A stretch of 32,750 bases of DNA. It comes from an uncultured Collinsella sp. GTDB lineage: Bacteria; Actinomycetota; Coriobacteriia; Coriobacteriales; Coriobacteriaceae. Position numbers and translations under genes: made by a program. The stretch spans positions 1 through 32,750 of the forward strand of contig CABUUE010000001.1 in the NCBI GenBank assembly GCA_902494685.1, read 5' to 3'. This document shows, one piece after another, positions 20,698 through 28,323 of the stretch (position 1 is its first letter; each line of letters starts with the position of its first letter). The notes beneath the pieces were generated by a model. That model was given only the letters and a program-made list of their open reading frames with translations, had not been told where the DNA came from and made no database searches.

Positions 20698-20783
20698 CTT
20701 TCGACAAACTTTCAAAACCTGTTGAAAACTTTGGAAAACGGACGAAAAGTTCTCAACATTGCCAACATGACCTGTTGAAAACT
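20698..20783. promoter_or_regulatory. Upstream DnaA-box cluster (second oriC part / autoregulatory region)
   Basis: Boxes CTTTCGACA 20698, TGTTGAAAA 20720, TTTGGAAAA 20730, TTCTCAACA 20750, TTGCCAACA 20759 and TGTTGAAAA 20773. The 14-mer ACCTGTTGAAAACT occurs at 20717 and 20770, and inverted at 17517. Confidence 0.7.
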
Positions 20784-20878
20784 CGATGAAATATCGTGAA
20801 AAGTTGCCATGCACCGCTAAATCGAGCTTGGCTTATGGGGGAACCGTGTGAACTGCGCAACCTTTTACCTTTGATTTC

Positions 20879-20908
20879 TTGACATTTGAACATTGATTTC
20901 CCTACAAT
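20879..20908 (+). promoter_or_regulatory. Sigma70-type promoter of rpmH
   Basis: TTGACA-18 nt-TACAAT. Confidence 0.7.
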
Positions 20909-20980
20909 CTTCAAGCTCACGTGTCTATATCTGCGTCCGCGTCCCCGCGGACACTCGAAATGCAGCAGGAGGAACTTAAG

Positions 20981-21115
20981 ATGAAGCGTACGTATCAGCC
21001 TAATAAGCGTAAGCGTGCCAAGACCCATGGCTTCCGTGCCCGTATGGCCACTAAGGGTGGTCGTGCCGTGCTCGCCCGTCGTCGTGCCAAGGGCCGCAAG
21101 CGTCTCACTGTCTAG
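20981..21115 (+). CDS. rpmH: 50S ribosomal protein L34
   Basis: [44 protein letters not shown], with an AGGAGG RBS. Confidence 0.98.
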   Translation: MKRTYQPNKRKRAKTHGFRARMATKGGRAVLARRRAKGRKRLTV

Positions 21116-21135
21116 CAGCGATACACACATCTCGC

Positions 21136-21474
21136 ATGAAGACTATTAAGTCTCGGCAAGATTTCGAGCATGTGTTCAGTCAGGGGCGTCGTTTCAATCA
21201 CCCTCTGATTCGAATGACCATATGTGAATCGGTTGGCGAAGGCGACTCCGGAAGGGTCGCCTTCGTTGGTGCTAAGCGACTCGGTTGTGCCGTCGTGCGC
21301 AACCGATCTAAGCGTGTGATGCGCGAGGTCGCCCGCAGCTGCGGATTTCCCGTTGCGGGTTATGACATCATCTTGTTTGCAACTCCCAAGACGAGGGTTT
21401 CCTCGCCGCAGGAGATGGACAAGGCGTTGCGTTCGCTTATGAAGCGCGCCGGCGTTGCCGGGGAGGAGCGATGA
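21136..21474 (+). CDS. rnpA: Ribonuclease P protein component
   Basis: AVVRNRSKR (RNR motif), directly after rpmH. Confidence 0.92.
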   Translation: MKTIKSRQDFEHVFSQGRRFNHPLIRMTICESVGEGDSGRVAFVGAKRLGCAVVRNRSKRVMREVARSCGFPVAGYDIILFATPKTRVSSPQEMDKALRSLMKRAGVAGEER

Positions 21475-21695
21475 GCAATCACGTTTTGCGACGTGTTGCC
21501 ATCGCTCCTATTCGCATATATCAACAGGTTATTTCGCCCTTATTGCCTGACGCCTGCATTTATTACCCAACGTGCTCGCAATACGCCGTCCAGGCGATTG
21601 AGAAGCACGGTGTTTTGAGAGGCTGCTGGCTTGCCGTGAGGCGCATCGCTCGCTGCAATCCCCTGCACGTCGGCGGTTATGACCCTGTGCCCTAG
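21471..21695 (+). CDS. yidD: Membrane protein insertion efficiency factor
   Basis: [18 protein letters not shown]...RIARCNP..GGYDPVP. Confidence 0.95.
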   Translation: MSNHVLRRVAIAPIRIYQQVISPLLPDACIYYPTCSQYAVQAIEKHGVLRGCWLAVRRIARCNPLHVGGYDPVP

Positions 21696-21724
21696 CGGGC
21701 ACTCGCTATCGGAGGAAAACTTAC

Positions 21725-22495
21725 ATGTGGGATTGGATCGTTAACATCCTTTTCGAGCTGCTCAAGCTCATCCAGACCTTTGCGGTCGACTGGGGCCTGT
21801 CCATCATCATCCTGGTGGTCATCATCCGTCTGCTGCTGACGCCGCTCATGCTCAAGTCGACCAAGTCGACGGCTCGCATGCAGGTGCTGCAGCCCAAGAT
21901 GCTCGAGATCCAGGAGCGCTATGCCGACGATCCCCAGCGTCAGGCCGAGGAGATGCAGAAGTTCTACAGCGAGAACAAGTTCAACCCCATGGCTGGCTGT
22001 CTGCCGCTGCTGATTCAGATGCCTATCCTGTTCGCCCTGTTTACATTGCTGCGCAACCTGCCGCAGTACTTTAACGACGGCACGTTCTCGTTCTTCAACA
22101 TCCTGCCCGACCTGACCACCACGCCGAGCGCTTCCTTTGCCGATGGCTTTATGGTTGCACTGCCTGCGCTGGTTTGCCTGATCCTGTTCGCCGTCCTGAC
22201 CCTGATTCCGCAGCTCTATATGTCGCGCAACCAGACCGGCCAGCAGGCTCAGAGCATGCGTATGATGGCCGTTGTCATGACGGTCATGATGCTTTGGATG
22301 GGCTGGAGCCTTCCCGTTGGTGTTCTGCTGTTCTACGACGTCTCGTCTGCTTGGCAGGTTATCCAGCAGATTTTTGTGACGCAGAAGGTCATCGACAAGG
22401 CGAAGGCCGATGAGGAGGAGCGTCTTAAGAACGCTCCGCTGCAGGTTGAGGTCACTCGTCGAGAGAAGAAGCCGCGCCCGCACAAGAAGAAGTAA
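21725..22495 (+). CDS. yidC: YidC/Oxa1 membrane protein insertase (short form)
   Basis: WGLSIIIL..IRLLL, NPMAGCLPLLIQMPI and several TM helices. Confidence 0.95.
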   Translation: MWDWIVNILFELLKLIQTFAVDWGLSIIILVVIIRLLLTPLMLKSTKSTARMQVLQPKMLEIQERYADDPQRQAEEMQKFYSENKFNPMAGCLPLLIQMPILFALFTLLRNLPQYFNDGTFSFFNILPDLTTTPSASFADGFMVALPALVCLILFAVLTLIPQLYMSRNQTGQQAQSMRMMAVVMTVMMLWMGWSLPVGVLLFYDVSSAWQVIQQIFVTQKVIDKAKADEEERLKNAPLQVEVTRREKKPRPHKKK

Positions 22496-22539
22496 CGGGA
22501 TATCAATCTTATTTAGGTACCTAACTTTTGGAGTACGTT

Positions 22540-23109
22540 ATGTCTGAAGAGATCATCGAGGATATGCTTGAGGAGGTTGCCCCGCAGGTCGCGGGCGATT
22601 ACCCCGAGATTGCACAGCGCTACAAGGCTGGTGAAGAGCTGACCGATGAGGAGCTCGACACCATTGCCGATGTTGCGATTTCCATCCTGCGTTCCATCCT
22701 TTCGCACTTCGATGCCGCCAACTCTCCTATCGATGAGTATGAGGGCGACGAGGGTGAGCTGATTTTGGATGTAACGGCTCCCGACCTTGCTGTTCTCATT
22801 GGCCGTCATGGTCGCACCCTTGATGCCCTTCAGGTTATGTTCTCTTTGCTGGTGAGCCGCAAACTTGGCTTTAGGTATCCGGTTGTAGTGGACGTAGAGG
22901 GATACAAGAGTCGCCGTCAGGACAAGGTTGCTTCCATGGCTCAGTCTGCTGCCGAGCGTGCCATCCGCACTCATAAGAGTGTTTCGCTTCCGCCCATGAA
23001 TGCCTACGAGCGTCGACTGGTTCACATTGCACTTCGTGGCAATGATGCCGTCGATACTCATTCTGAGGGTTCTGACCCTGATCGCCATGTGGTGATTGTT
23101 GCTCGATAA
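22540..23109 (+). CDS. jag: Jag/KhpB-like KH-R3H RNA-binding protein
   Basis: KH motif LIGRHGRTLDALQ and R3H motif PMNAYERRLVH. A GGAG RBS precedes ATG 22540. Confidence 0.9.
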   Translation: MSEEIIEDMLEEVAPQVAGDYPEIAQRYKAGEELTDEELDTIADVAISILRSILSHFDAANSPIDEYEGDEGELILDVTAPDLAVLIGRHGRTLDALQVMFSLLVSRKLGFRYPVVVDVEGYKSRRQDKVASMAQSAAERAIRTHKSVSLPPMNAYERRLVHIALRGNDAVDTHSEGSDPDRHVVIVAR

Positions 23110-23127
23110 TCTTCTCGAGCTTATGCT

Positions 23128-23159
23128 AAGGGGACGTGGTTTCCACGTCCCCTTTTTTT
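23128..23159 (+). terminator. Intrinsic terminator after jag
   Basis: AAGGGGACGTGG-ttt-CCACGTCCCCTT followed by a T-tract. Confidence 0.85.
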
Positions 23160-23205
23160 GTCAAAAGTTCTCGATACGCTGATTTTTGTCAGAAAGGAGC
23201 TTTCG

Positions 23206-23943
23206 TTGTTAGTACTTACTGATCAGCAGACTGACGAGATGTTGAGTCGTCTAACTTCCTATTGCAAAGAGTATTCCTTGAGCGTAACTGATGTTGAGCT
23301 GAGGAAATGTATTCAGCATTTGGATTTGGTTCTAGAAACAAATAAGACAACCAATCTCACCCGTATTCTTAACGTAGAAGATGCTGCAGTACTTCATATC
23401 CTCGACTCACTTGTTTTGCTCCCCTATATCAACAAGGCTCCTGAGGGAGCTTTGCTCGATATGGGAACAGGTGCGGGCTTCCCTGGTATTCCATTAACCA
23501 TAACCACGCATCGTAAAGCTACTTATATTGACTCTGTTGGCAAGAAGGTTGATGCGGTTAATTCCTTTGTCCATGCTCTTGGATTGAAACATGCTCATGC
23601 GGTTCATGATCGTCTTGAAGAATATGCTCGAAGCCATAAGAAGCAGTTCTCTGTTGTAACCGCCCGCGCACTGGCCCCTCTACCGATTCTTGTTGAGTAT
23701 GCGGCTCCGTACCTGAAGGATGGAGGGCTATTTGTTATAACCAAGGGCAATCCTTCGGATGAGGAGCTTGCTTCCGGCATATCAGCAGCTAAGATTTGCG
23801 GCTTCACTTTGCTTCTGAATGACGCAATTGATTTGCCTGAAGGCTTGGGTCACAGGGAATTCATTCTTCTTAAGAAGAGTCATCCAGCATCCGTCTCATT
23901 GCCTCGTGCAAATGGCGTGGCAAAGAAGAATCCGCTTGCCTAG
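23206..23943 (+). CDS. rsmG: 16S rRNA m7G527 methyltransferase
   Basis: Motifs NLTRI, HILDSL, DMGTGAGFPGIPL and VTARALA. Probable TTG start at 23206 after AGAAAGGAG. Confidence 0.95.
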   Translation: MLVLTDQQTDEMLSRLTSYCKEYSLSVTDVELRKCIQHLDLVLETNKTTNLTRILNVEDAAVLHILDSLVLLPYINKAPEGALLDMGTGAGFPGIPLTITTHRKATYIDSVGKKVDAVNSFVHALGLKHAHAVHDRLEEYARSHKKQFSVVTARALAPLPILVEYAAPYLKDGGLFVITKGNPSDEELASGISAAKICGFTLLLNDAIDLPEGLGHREFILLKKSHPASVSLPRANGVAKKNPLA

Positions 23944-23944
23944 A

Positions 23945-24038
23945 TGTTTCACGTGAAACATAATGGATACTAACAACTTGCAGTGTTTCACGTGAAACAT
24001 GGCGGTTGATATCGATTCGGAATGTTTCACGTGAAACA
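23945..24038. repeat. Three perfect parS sites
   Basis: TGTTTCACGTGAAACA at 23945, 23984 and 24023, immediately upstream of parA. Confidence 0.95.
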
Positions 24039-24077
24039 TCCTCCGTTTGACAGCTTTAATACACACCAGGAGGGACC

Positions 24078-24878
24078 GTGGGATTTCGCGACGTTAAGCG
24101 TTCTAAGAGCGCAAAAGACACGCGTATCATTGCAATCATCAATCAAAAAGGCGGCGTCGGTAAGTCAACGACGGCTGTAAACCTTGCAGCAGCACTGGGT
24201 GAGCAGGGTCGTAAGACATTGATTGTCGATTTTGATCCGCAGGGAAACAGCACCAGTGGATTCGGAATTGAAAAAGAAGACCTTGATCAATGCATCTATG
24301 ATGCATTGTTGAATGATGTGCCGGCAGAATCGCTTGTTCTTGATACAAATTGTAAAAAGGTATTCGTTATTCCGGCTACAATTCAACTTGCAGGCGCGGA
24401 AATTGAGCTCGTAAGCGCAATTGCTCGTGAAACCCGCCTCAAAGATTTGCTTGAGCCGATTCAGGACGAGTTTGACTTTATTTTCATTGACTGTCCTCCT
24501 TCGCTCGGCCTGCTTACTATCAACGCTTTGACTGCAGCAGACAGCGTTTTGATTCCGATCCAGTGCGAATATTACGCACTCGAGGGCGTTACGAAGCTGC
24601 TTGAGTCAATGAAGATGGTCAAATCACGGCTGAACAAGGGCTTAGACACCTATGGTGTGCTTATGACCATGTATGACTCGCGTACTTCACTATCGAATCA
24701 GGTTGTTGAGGAGGTTCAATCGTACTTTGGTGATAAGGCGTTTAAGACGCTAATCCCCCGTACGGTTAAAATCTCCGAAGCTCCGTCTTTTGGAGAACCG
24801 GTAATTACCTATGCACCTCAAAATAAGGGTGCAAAAGCATATATGAACCTTGCAAAAGAGGTGATCAAGCGTGCCTAG
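24078..24878 (+). CDS. parA: Chromosome partitioning ATPase ParA/Soj
   Basis: Motifs NQKGGVGKSTT, DFDPQGN, IDCPPSLG and PIQCEYYALEG. Confidence 0.97.
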   Translation: MGFRDVKRSKSAKDTRIIAIINQKGGVGKSTTAVNLAAALGEQGRKTLIVDFDPQGNSTSGFGIEKEDLDQCIYDALLNDVPAESLVLDTNCKKVFVIPATIQLAGAEIELVSAIARETRLKDLLEPIQDEFDFIFIDCPPSLGLLTINALTAADSVLIPIQCEYYALEGVTKLLESMKMVKSRLNKGLDTYGVLMTMYDSRTSLSNQVVEEVQSYFGDKAFKTLIPRTVKISEAPSFGEPVITYAPQNKGAKAYMNLAKEVIKRA

Positions 24879-25776
24879 TGTAAAGAAACGTGGCGGATTG
24901 GGACGTGGGCTCAATGCTTTGGTCTCAGAGGCCGAGTATGAGACCGGCGGTTCGGCTGCATCGGCTTCAAATGCCGCATCTGAAACAAAACTACCTATTG
25001 AGGATATCGTTCCCAACCCTAATCAGCCGCGAATTCACTTTAACGAAACTGAACTTCGCGAGTTGAGCGAGTCAATCCAAGAACATGGCGTTTTGCAGCC
25101 GCTTTTGGTTCGCAAGCATGGAAACGGCTATGAGATCATCGCTGGTGAGCGTCGTTACCAGGCGTCAAAGCTTGCTGGCCTTGAAGAATTGCCAGTCATC
25201 ATTAAAGAGGTAAATGATGAAGAGATGCTGGCTCTTGCTCTTATCGAAAACCTTCAGCGTTCTGATCTGAATCCCGTCGAAGAGGCTAAGGGCTATCGCC
25301 AACTCATTGATGCCAGCGGGATGACCCAGGAGGCATTGTCGAAGGCAGTAAGCAAGTCACGCTCTGCAATTACAAACTCGCTGCGTCTTCTCGATCTCCC
25401 CGAAGTAGTTCAGCAGATGATTTTTGAGGGCAAACTTACTGCTGGTCATGCACGTGCGATTCTTGCAGTTCCCTATGAGGACGCGCGTATTCGACTTGCA
25501 GAGAAAGTTGTTGCGGAGGGCCTTTCCGTAAGAGCGACAGAAAATCTTGCTCCGTTGTTTTCTGCCGGAGAGACACCTAAAACGCCTAGACCTGCAACGC
25601 CTCAGTCTTTTAAAAAGGCTGCCCGTGTGCTTCGTCAGGTATTTAATACCAACGTGCGTGTGAAGAGCTCGCGTGGAAAGAATAAGATTGAGATTGAGTT
25701 TAAAGACGAGGAAGAGCTCTCTCGTATTCTTGGCGAAATGATTCAGTTTGATCAAGGAGGCCAGGATGAGGAATAA
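24871..25776 (+). CDS. parB: Chromosome partitioning protein ParB/Spo0J
   Basis: Motifs GLGRGLNAL, PNPNQPR, IAGERRY (CTP-binding Arg patch), ENLQRSDL and an HTH. Confidence 0.97.
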   Translation: MPSVKKRGGLGRGLNALVSEAEYETGGSAASASNAASETKLPIEDIVPNPNQPRIHFNETELRELSESIQEHGVLQPLLVRKHGNGYEIIAGERRYQASKLAGLEELPVIIKEVNDEEMLALALIENLQRSDLNPVEEAKGYRQLIDASGMTQEALSKAVSKSRSAITNSLRLLDLPEVVQQMIFEGKLTAGHARAILAVPYEDARIRLAEKVVAEGLSVRATENLAPLFSAGETPKTPRPATPQSFKKAARVLRQVFNTNVRVKSSRGKNKIEIEFKDEEELSRILGEMIQFDQGGQDEE

Positions 25777-26020
25777 GATTTTAACAGCGATTGCATTGGC
25801 GACGACTGTCGCAGCTGGTGCCTTTGCCGGCTATAAGATCGCGACAGACGATGAACTTCGAGGTCGTTTGCTTCGTGGTGCGCAAGATATCGTCGATACT
25901 TCCAAAAAGAAAATGGATGTCATGACCGAAGATGTTGCCATACGTACTGCTCAGGTAACGAAGAATCCCAAGATTAATCAAGGTTGGGTTAGTAACCAAT
26001 GGGAAAATGTAGGCTATTAG
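25766..26020 (+). CDS. Small hypothetical protein with N-terminal hydrophobic anchor
   Basis: An AAGGAGG RBS precedes ATG 25766, and the ORF overlaps the parB stop. MRNKILTAIALATTVAAGAFAGYKI is followed by a predicted helical soluble part. Confidence 0.7.
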   Translation: MRNKILTAIALATTVAAGAFAGYKIATDDELRGRLLRGAQDIVDTSKKKMDVMTEDVAIRTAQVTKNPKINQGWVSNQWENVGY

Positions 26021-26048
26021 GTACCTAACAATTACTCAGCATATTTTG

Positions 26049-26090
26049 AGGGGCCCTTGTCTAATTCATGAGACAAGGGCCCCTTATTTT
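26049..26090 (+). terminator. Terminator of the parAB operon
   Basis: 14-bp stem AGGGGCCCTTGTCT / AGACAAGGGCCCCT followed by TATTTT. Confidence 0.75.
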
Positions 26091-26144
26091 GGCCGTAAAA
26101 CATGGGACAGGTAGCAGCATATTCAAAATTAAGGACAATAAATG

Positions 26145-26182
26145 AAACGACCCCGGTTGCATATTCTGCAACCGGGGTCGTT
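26145..26182 (-). terminator. Terminator of rlmN
   Basis: 16-bp stem AACGACCCCGGTTGCA / TGCAACCGGGGTCGTT followed by a T-rich run on the - strand. Confidence 0.7.
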
Positions 26183-26185
26183 CGA

Positions 26186-26201
26186 TGTTTCACATGAAAC
26201 G
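26186..26201. promoter_or_regulatory. parS-like site downstream of the par operon
   Basis: TGTTTCACATGAAACG matches the consensus at 14 of 16 positions. Confidence 0.65.
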
Positions 26202-26219
26202 TTTTGGGGTGCGACTCCC

Positions 26220-27272
26220 CTATGCGTTCTTCTGAACTTTGAAGCGCTGCTTCAGCTGTCCGCAAGCGGCGTCAATATCGTTACCACGGGAGTTACGAAT
26301 CGTGGTCTCGATGCCACGGGACTCAAGACGACGCTGAAGATCCTCAACCTTATGAATCGGCGACGGCTTGAGCGGGCTGCCCTCGATGTCGTTAAGCTGA
26401 ATGAGGTTAACGTGGCATAGCGTTCCCTCGCAGAAGTCACAGAGCGCCTGCATCTCGGGATTCGTATCGTTGACGCCTTCGATCATTGCATACTCATAGG
26501 TCGGGCGGCGGCCAGTCTTCTCGGTGTAGAGCTGAAGCGCTTCGTGAAGGCGAAGCAGCGTGTACTTCTTAACACCGGGCATGAGCTTATTGCGCGTCGG
26601 CTGGATGGCGGAATGCAGGGAAACAGCAAGCGTGAATTGCTCGGGGATGTCGGCAAATTTGCGAATACCGGGAATAACGCCGCTGGTAGAGACGGTGAGG
26701 TGACGAGCGCCGATACCGATGCCGTCGGGGTCGTTGAGGATTCGCAGCGCCTTGAGAACCTCGTCGTAGTTGGCAAACGGCTCGCCCTGGCCCATGAAGA
26801 CAACGCTCGTGGCGCGCTCGCCAAAGTCGTTGGATACATGAAGTACCTGGTCGACGATCTCTTGAGCGGTCAGAGAACGCTTAAGGCCGTTGAGACCGGT
26901 AGCGCAAAAGGCGCAGCCCATGCCACAGCCTGCCTGGGTGGAAACGCAGACGGAAAGCTTGTTGCGACGGGGCATGCCGACGGTCTCGACGGAAATGCCG
27001 TCGTGGTACTCGAGCAGGTACTTGCGAGAGCCATCTTTGGAAACCTGCTTGGTGAGTTCAGCCGGCGTGTCAAAGGCAAAAGCCTCTTTAAGCTGCTCGC
27101 GGAAAGCCTTGGGAAGGTTGGTCATGTCGTCAAACGAACAAACGTTCTTCTCAAAGACCCATTCGATGAGCTGTTTTGCGCGGAAGGCGGGCTGGCCAAG
27201 CTCGGCCACGAGCTCGCGAATATCGTTTTGGCTCAAGTCGCGAATGTCCTGAGATTTAGTCCTGGGATTCAT
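26220..27272 (-). CDS. rlmN: Dual-specificity rRNA/tRNA methyltransferase RlmN (radical SAM)
   Basis: CGMGCAFC (CxxxCxxC), FMGQGEP, LAVSLH and DIDAACGQL. Confidence 0.95.
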   Translation of the reverse strand: MNPRTKSQDIRDLSQNDIRELVAELGQPAFRAKQLIEWVFEKNVCSFDDMTNLPKAFREQLKEAFAFDTPAELTKQVSKDGSRKYLLEYHDGISVETVGMPRRNKLSVCVSTQAGCGMGCAFCATGLNGLKRSLTAQEIVDQVLHVSNDFGERATSVVFMGQGEPFANYDEVLKALRILNDPDGIGIGARHLTVSTSGVIPGIRKFADIPEQFTLAVSLHSAIQPTRNKLMPGVKKYTLLRLHEALQLYTEKTGRRPTYEYAMIEGVNDTNPEMQALCDFCEGTLCHVNLIQLNDIEGSPLKPSPIHKVEDLQRRLESRGIETTIRNSRGNDIDAACGQLKQRFKVQKNA

Positions 27273-27357
27273 GGAAGCCTTTCGATTTTGGGGAAACGTA
27301 GAGGGTATCGCTACAATATGGTATCAGCTGCTGAAATTATAGAGGAGGAGTCTGACC

Positions 27358-28323
27358 ATGCCGGGTAAAAGCCTAGAGAACATGCACGTAGCGGTCTTGG
27401 CGGGCGGTCATTCCGCTGAGCGCGAGATCTCGCTCAATTCGGGAAAGAACGTCGTGGTTGCCTTGAAGGAGGCCGGCTACACTTCGGTGGAGCTGCTCGA
27501 CACGGCTGCCGATGATTTTATGGTAACCATGGCGACCGGCGGCTTTGACGTGGCGTTTATCGCCATGCACGGTGCCGGCGGCGAGGATGGCGCCATGCAA
27601 GGCGCCATGGAGACCCTGGGTATCCCCTACACGGCTTCGGGCGTGCTTGCCAGCGCCTGCGGTGCCGACAAGGAGGTCTCTAAGCTCCTGTACGCCAAGG
27701 CGGGCATTCCCATTGCCCCCGGCCTTGCGCTCGAGGTGGGCGATGAAGTCGATATCGATCATATCGTCGAGGTTTGTGGCGAGCGCTGCTTTGTGAAGCC
27801 GGCCGTCAACGGTTCCAGCTATGGCATTTCCCTGGTCCATGAGCCCTCCGAGCTGCCCGCGGCAATCGCCAAGGCGTTTGAGTACGGCGACAAAGTGCTG
27901 GTCGAGAAGTGCATCGAGGGTACCGAGATCACCGTCGGCGTATACGGCGAAGATGACGTGCGCGCTCTGCCGATTGTCGAGATTCGTAAGCCCGAGGACT
28001 GCGAGTTCTACGATCTGGACGTGAAGTATGTCGACCCTACGGACATCCATCGCATTCCGGCGCAGATTTCACCCGAGAATTACGCTCGTGCCCAGGAGCT
28101 TGCCTGTGCTGCTCACAAGGCCCTCGGTTGCCTGGGTATCTCGCGCAGCGACTTTATCGTGAGTGAGGACGGCCCCGTTATCCTCGAGACCAATACCATT
28201 CCCGGCATGACCGATACGTCGCTGTATCCGGACGAGATCCGCCACACCGACGACATGACGTTCCCGCGGGTCTGTGACAGCCTGATCCGTATGGGCCTTC
28301 GTCGAGCGGGCATTGCATGCTAA
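27358..28323 (+). CDS. ddl: D-alanine--D-alanine ligase
   Basis: Motifs GGHSAEREISL, HGAGGEDG, KPAVNGSSYG, FYDLDVKY and ETNTIPGMT..SLYP. Confidence 0.95.
   Translation: MPGKSLENMHVAVLAGGHSAEREISLNSGKNVVVALKEAGYTSVELLDTAADDFMVTMATGGFDVAFIAMHGAGGEDGAMQGAMETLGIPYTASGVLASACGADKEVSKLLYAKAGIPIAPGLALEVGDEVDIDHIVEVCGERCFVKPAVNGSSYGISLVHEPSELPAAIAKAFEYGDKVLVEKCIEGTEITVGVYGEDDVRALPIVEIRKPEDCEFYDLDVKYVDPTDIHRIPAQISPENYARAQELACAAHKALGCLGISRSDFIVSEDGPVILETNTIPGMTDTSLYPDEIRHTDDMTFPRVCDSLIRMGLRRAGIAC

Noticed and set aside
19442..20725. 427-aa + strand Leu/Arg-rich ORF
   Set aside because: Mirror of the Gln-rich - strand gene (CAG read as CTG).
23110..23205. Absence of mnmE/mnmG(gidA) between jag and rsmG
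   Set aside because: Normal for actinobacterial origin regions.
23945..24038. Mini-CRISPR array (repeat-spacer-repeat)
   Set aside because: The repeats are only 16 bp, equal the parS consensus, sit next to parAB, and no cas genes are present.
26220..27272. Cfr-type resistance methyltransferase
   Set aside because: Core chromosomal context, native-like sequence and no mobile element, consistent with housekeeping RlmN.
27358..28323. Van-type or D-Ala-D-Lac ligase
   Set aside because: The omega loop retains KY (FYDLDVKY), as in D-Ala-D-Ala ligases, and no vanH/vanX/vanRS genes are nearby.
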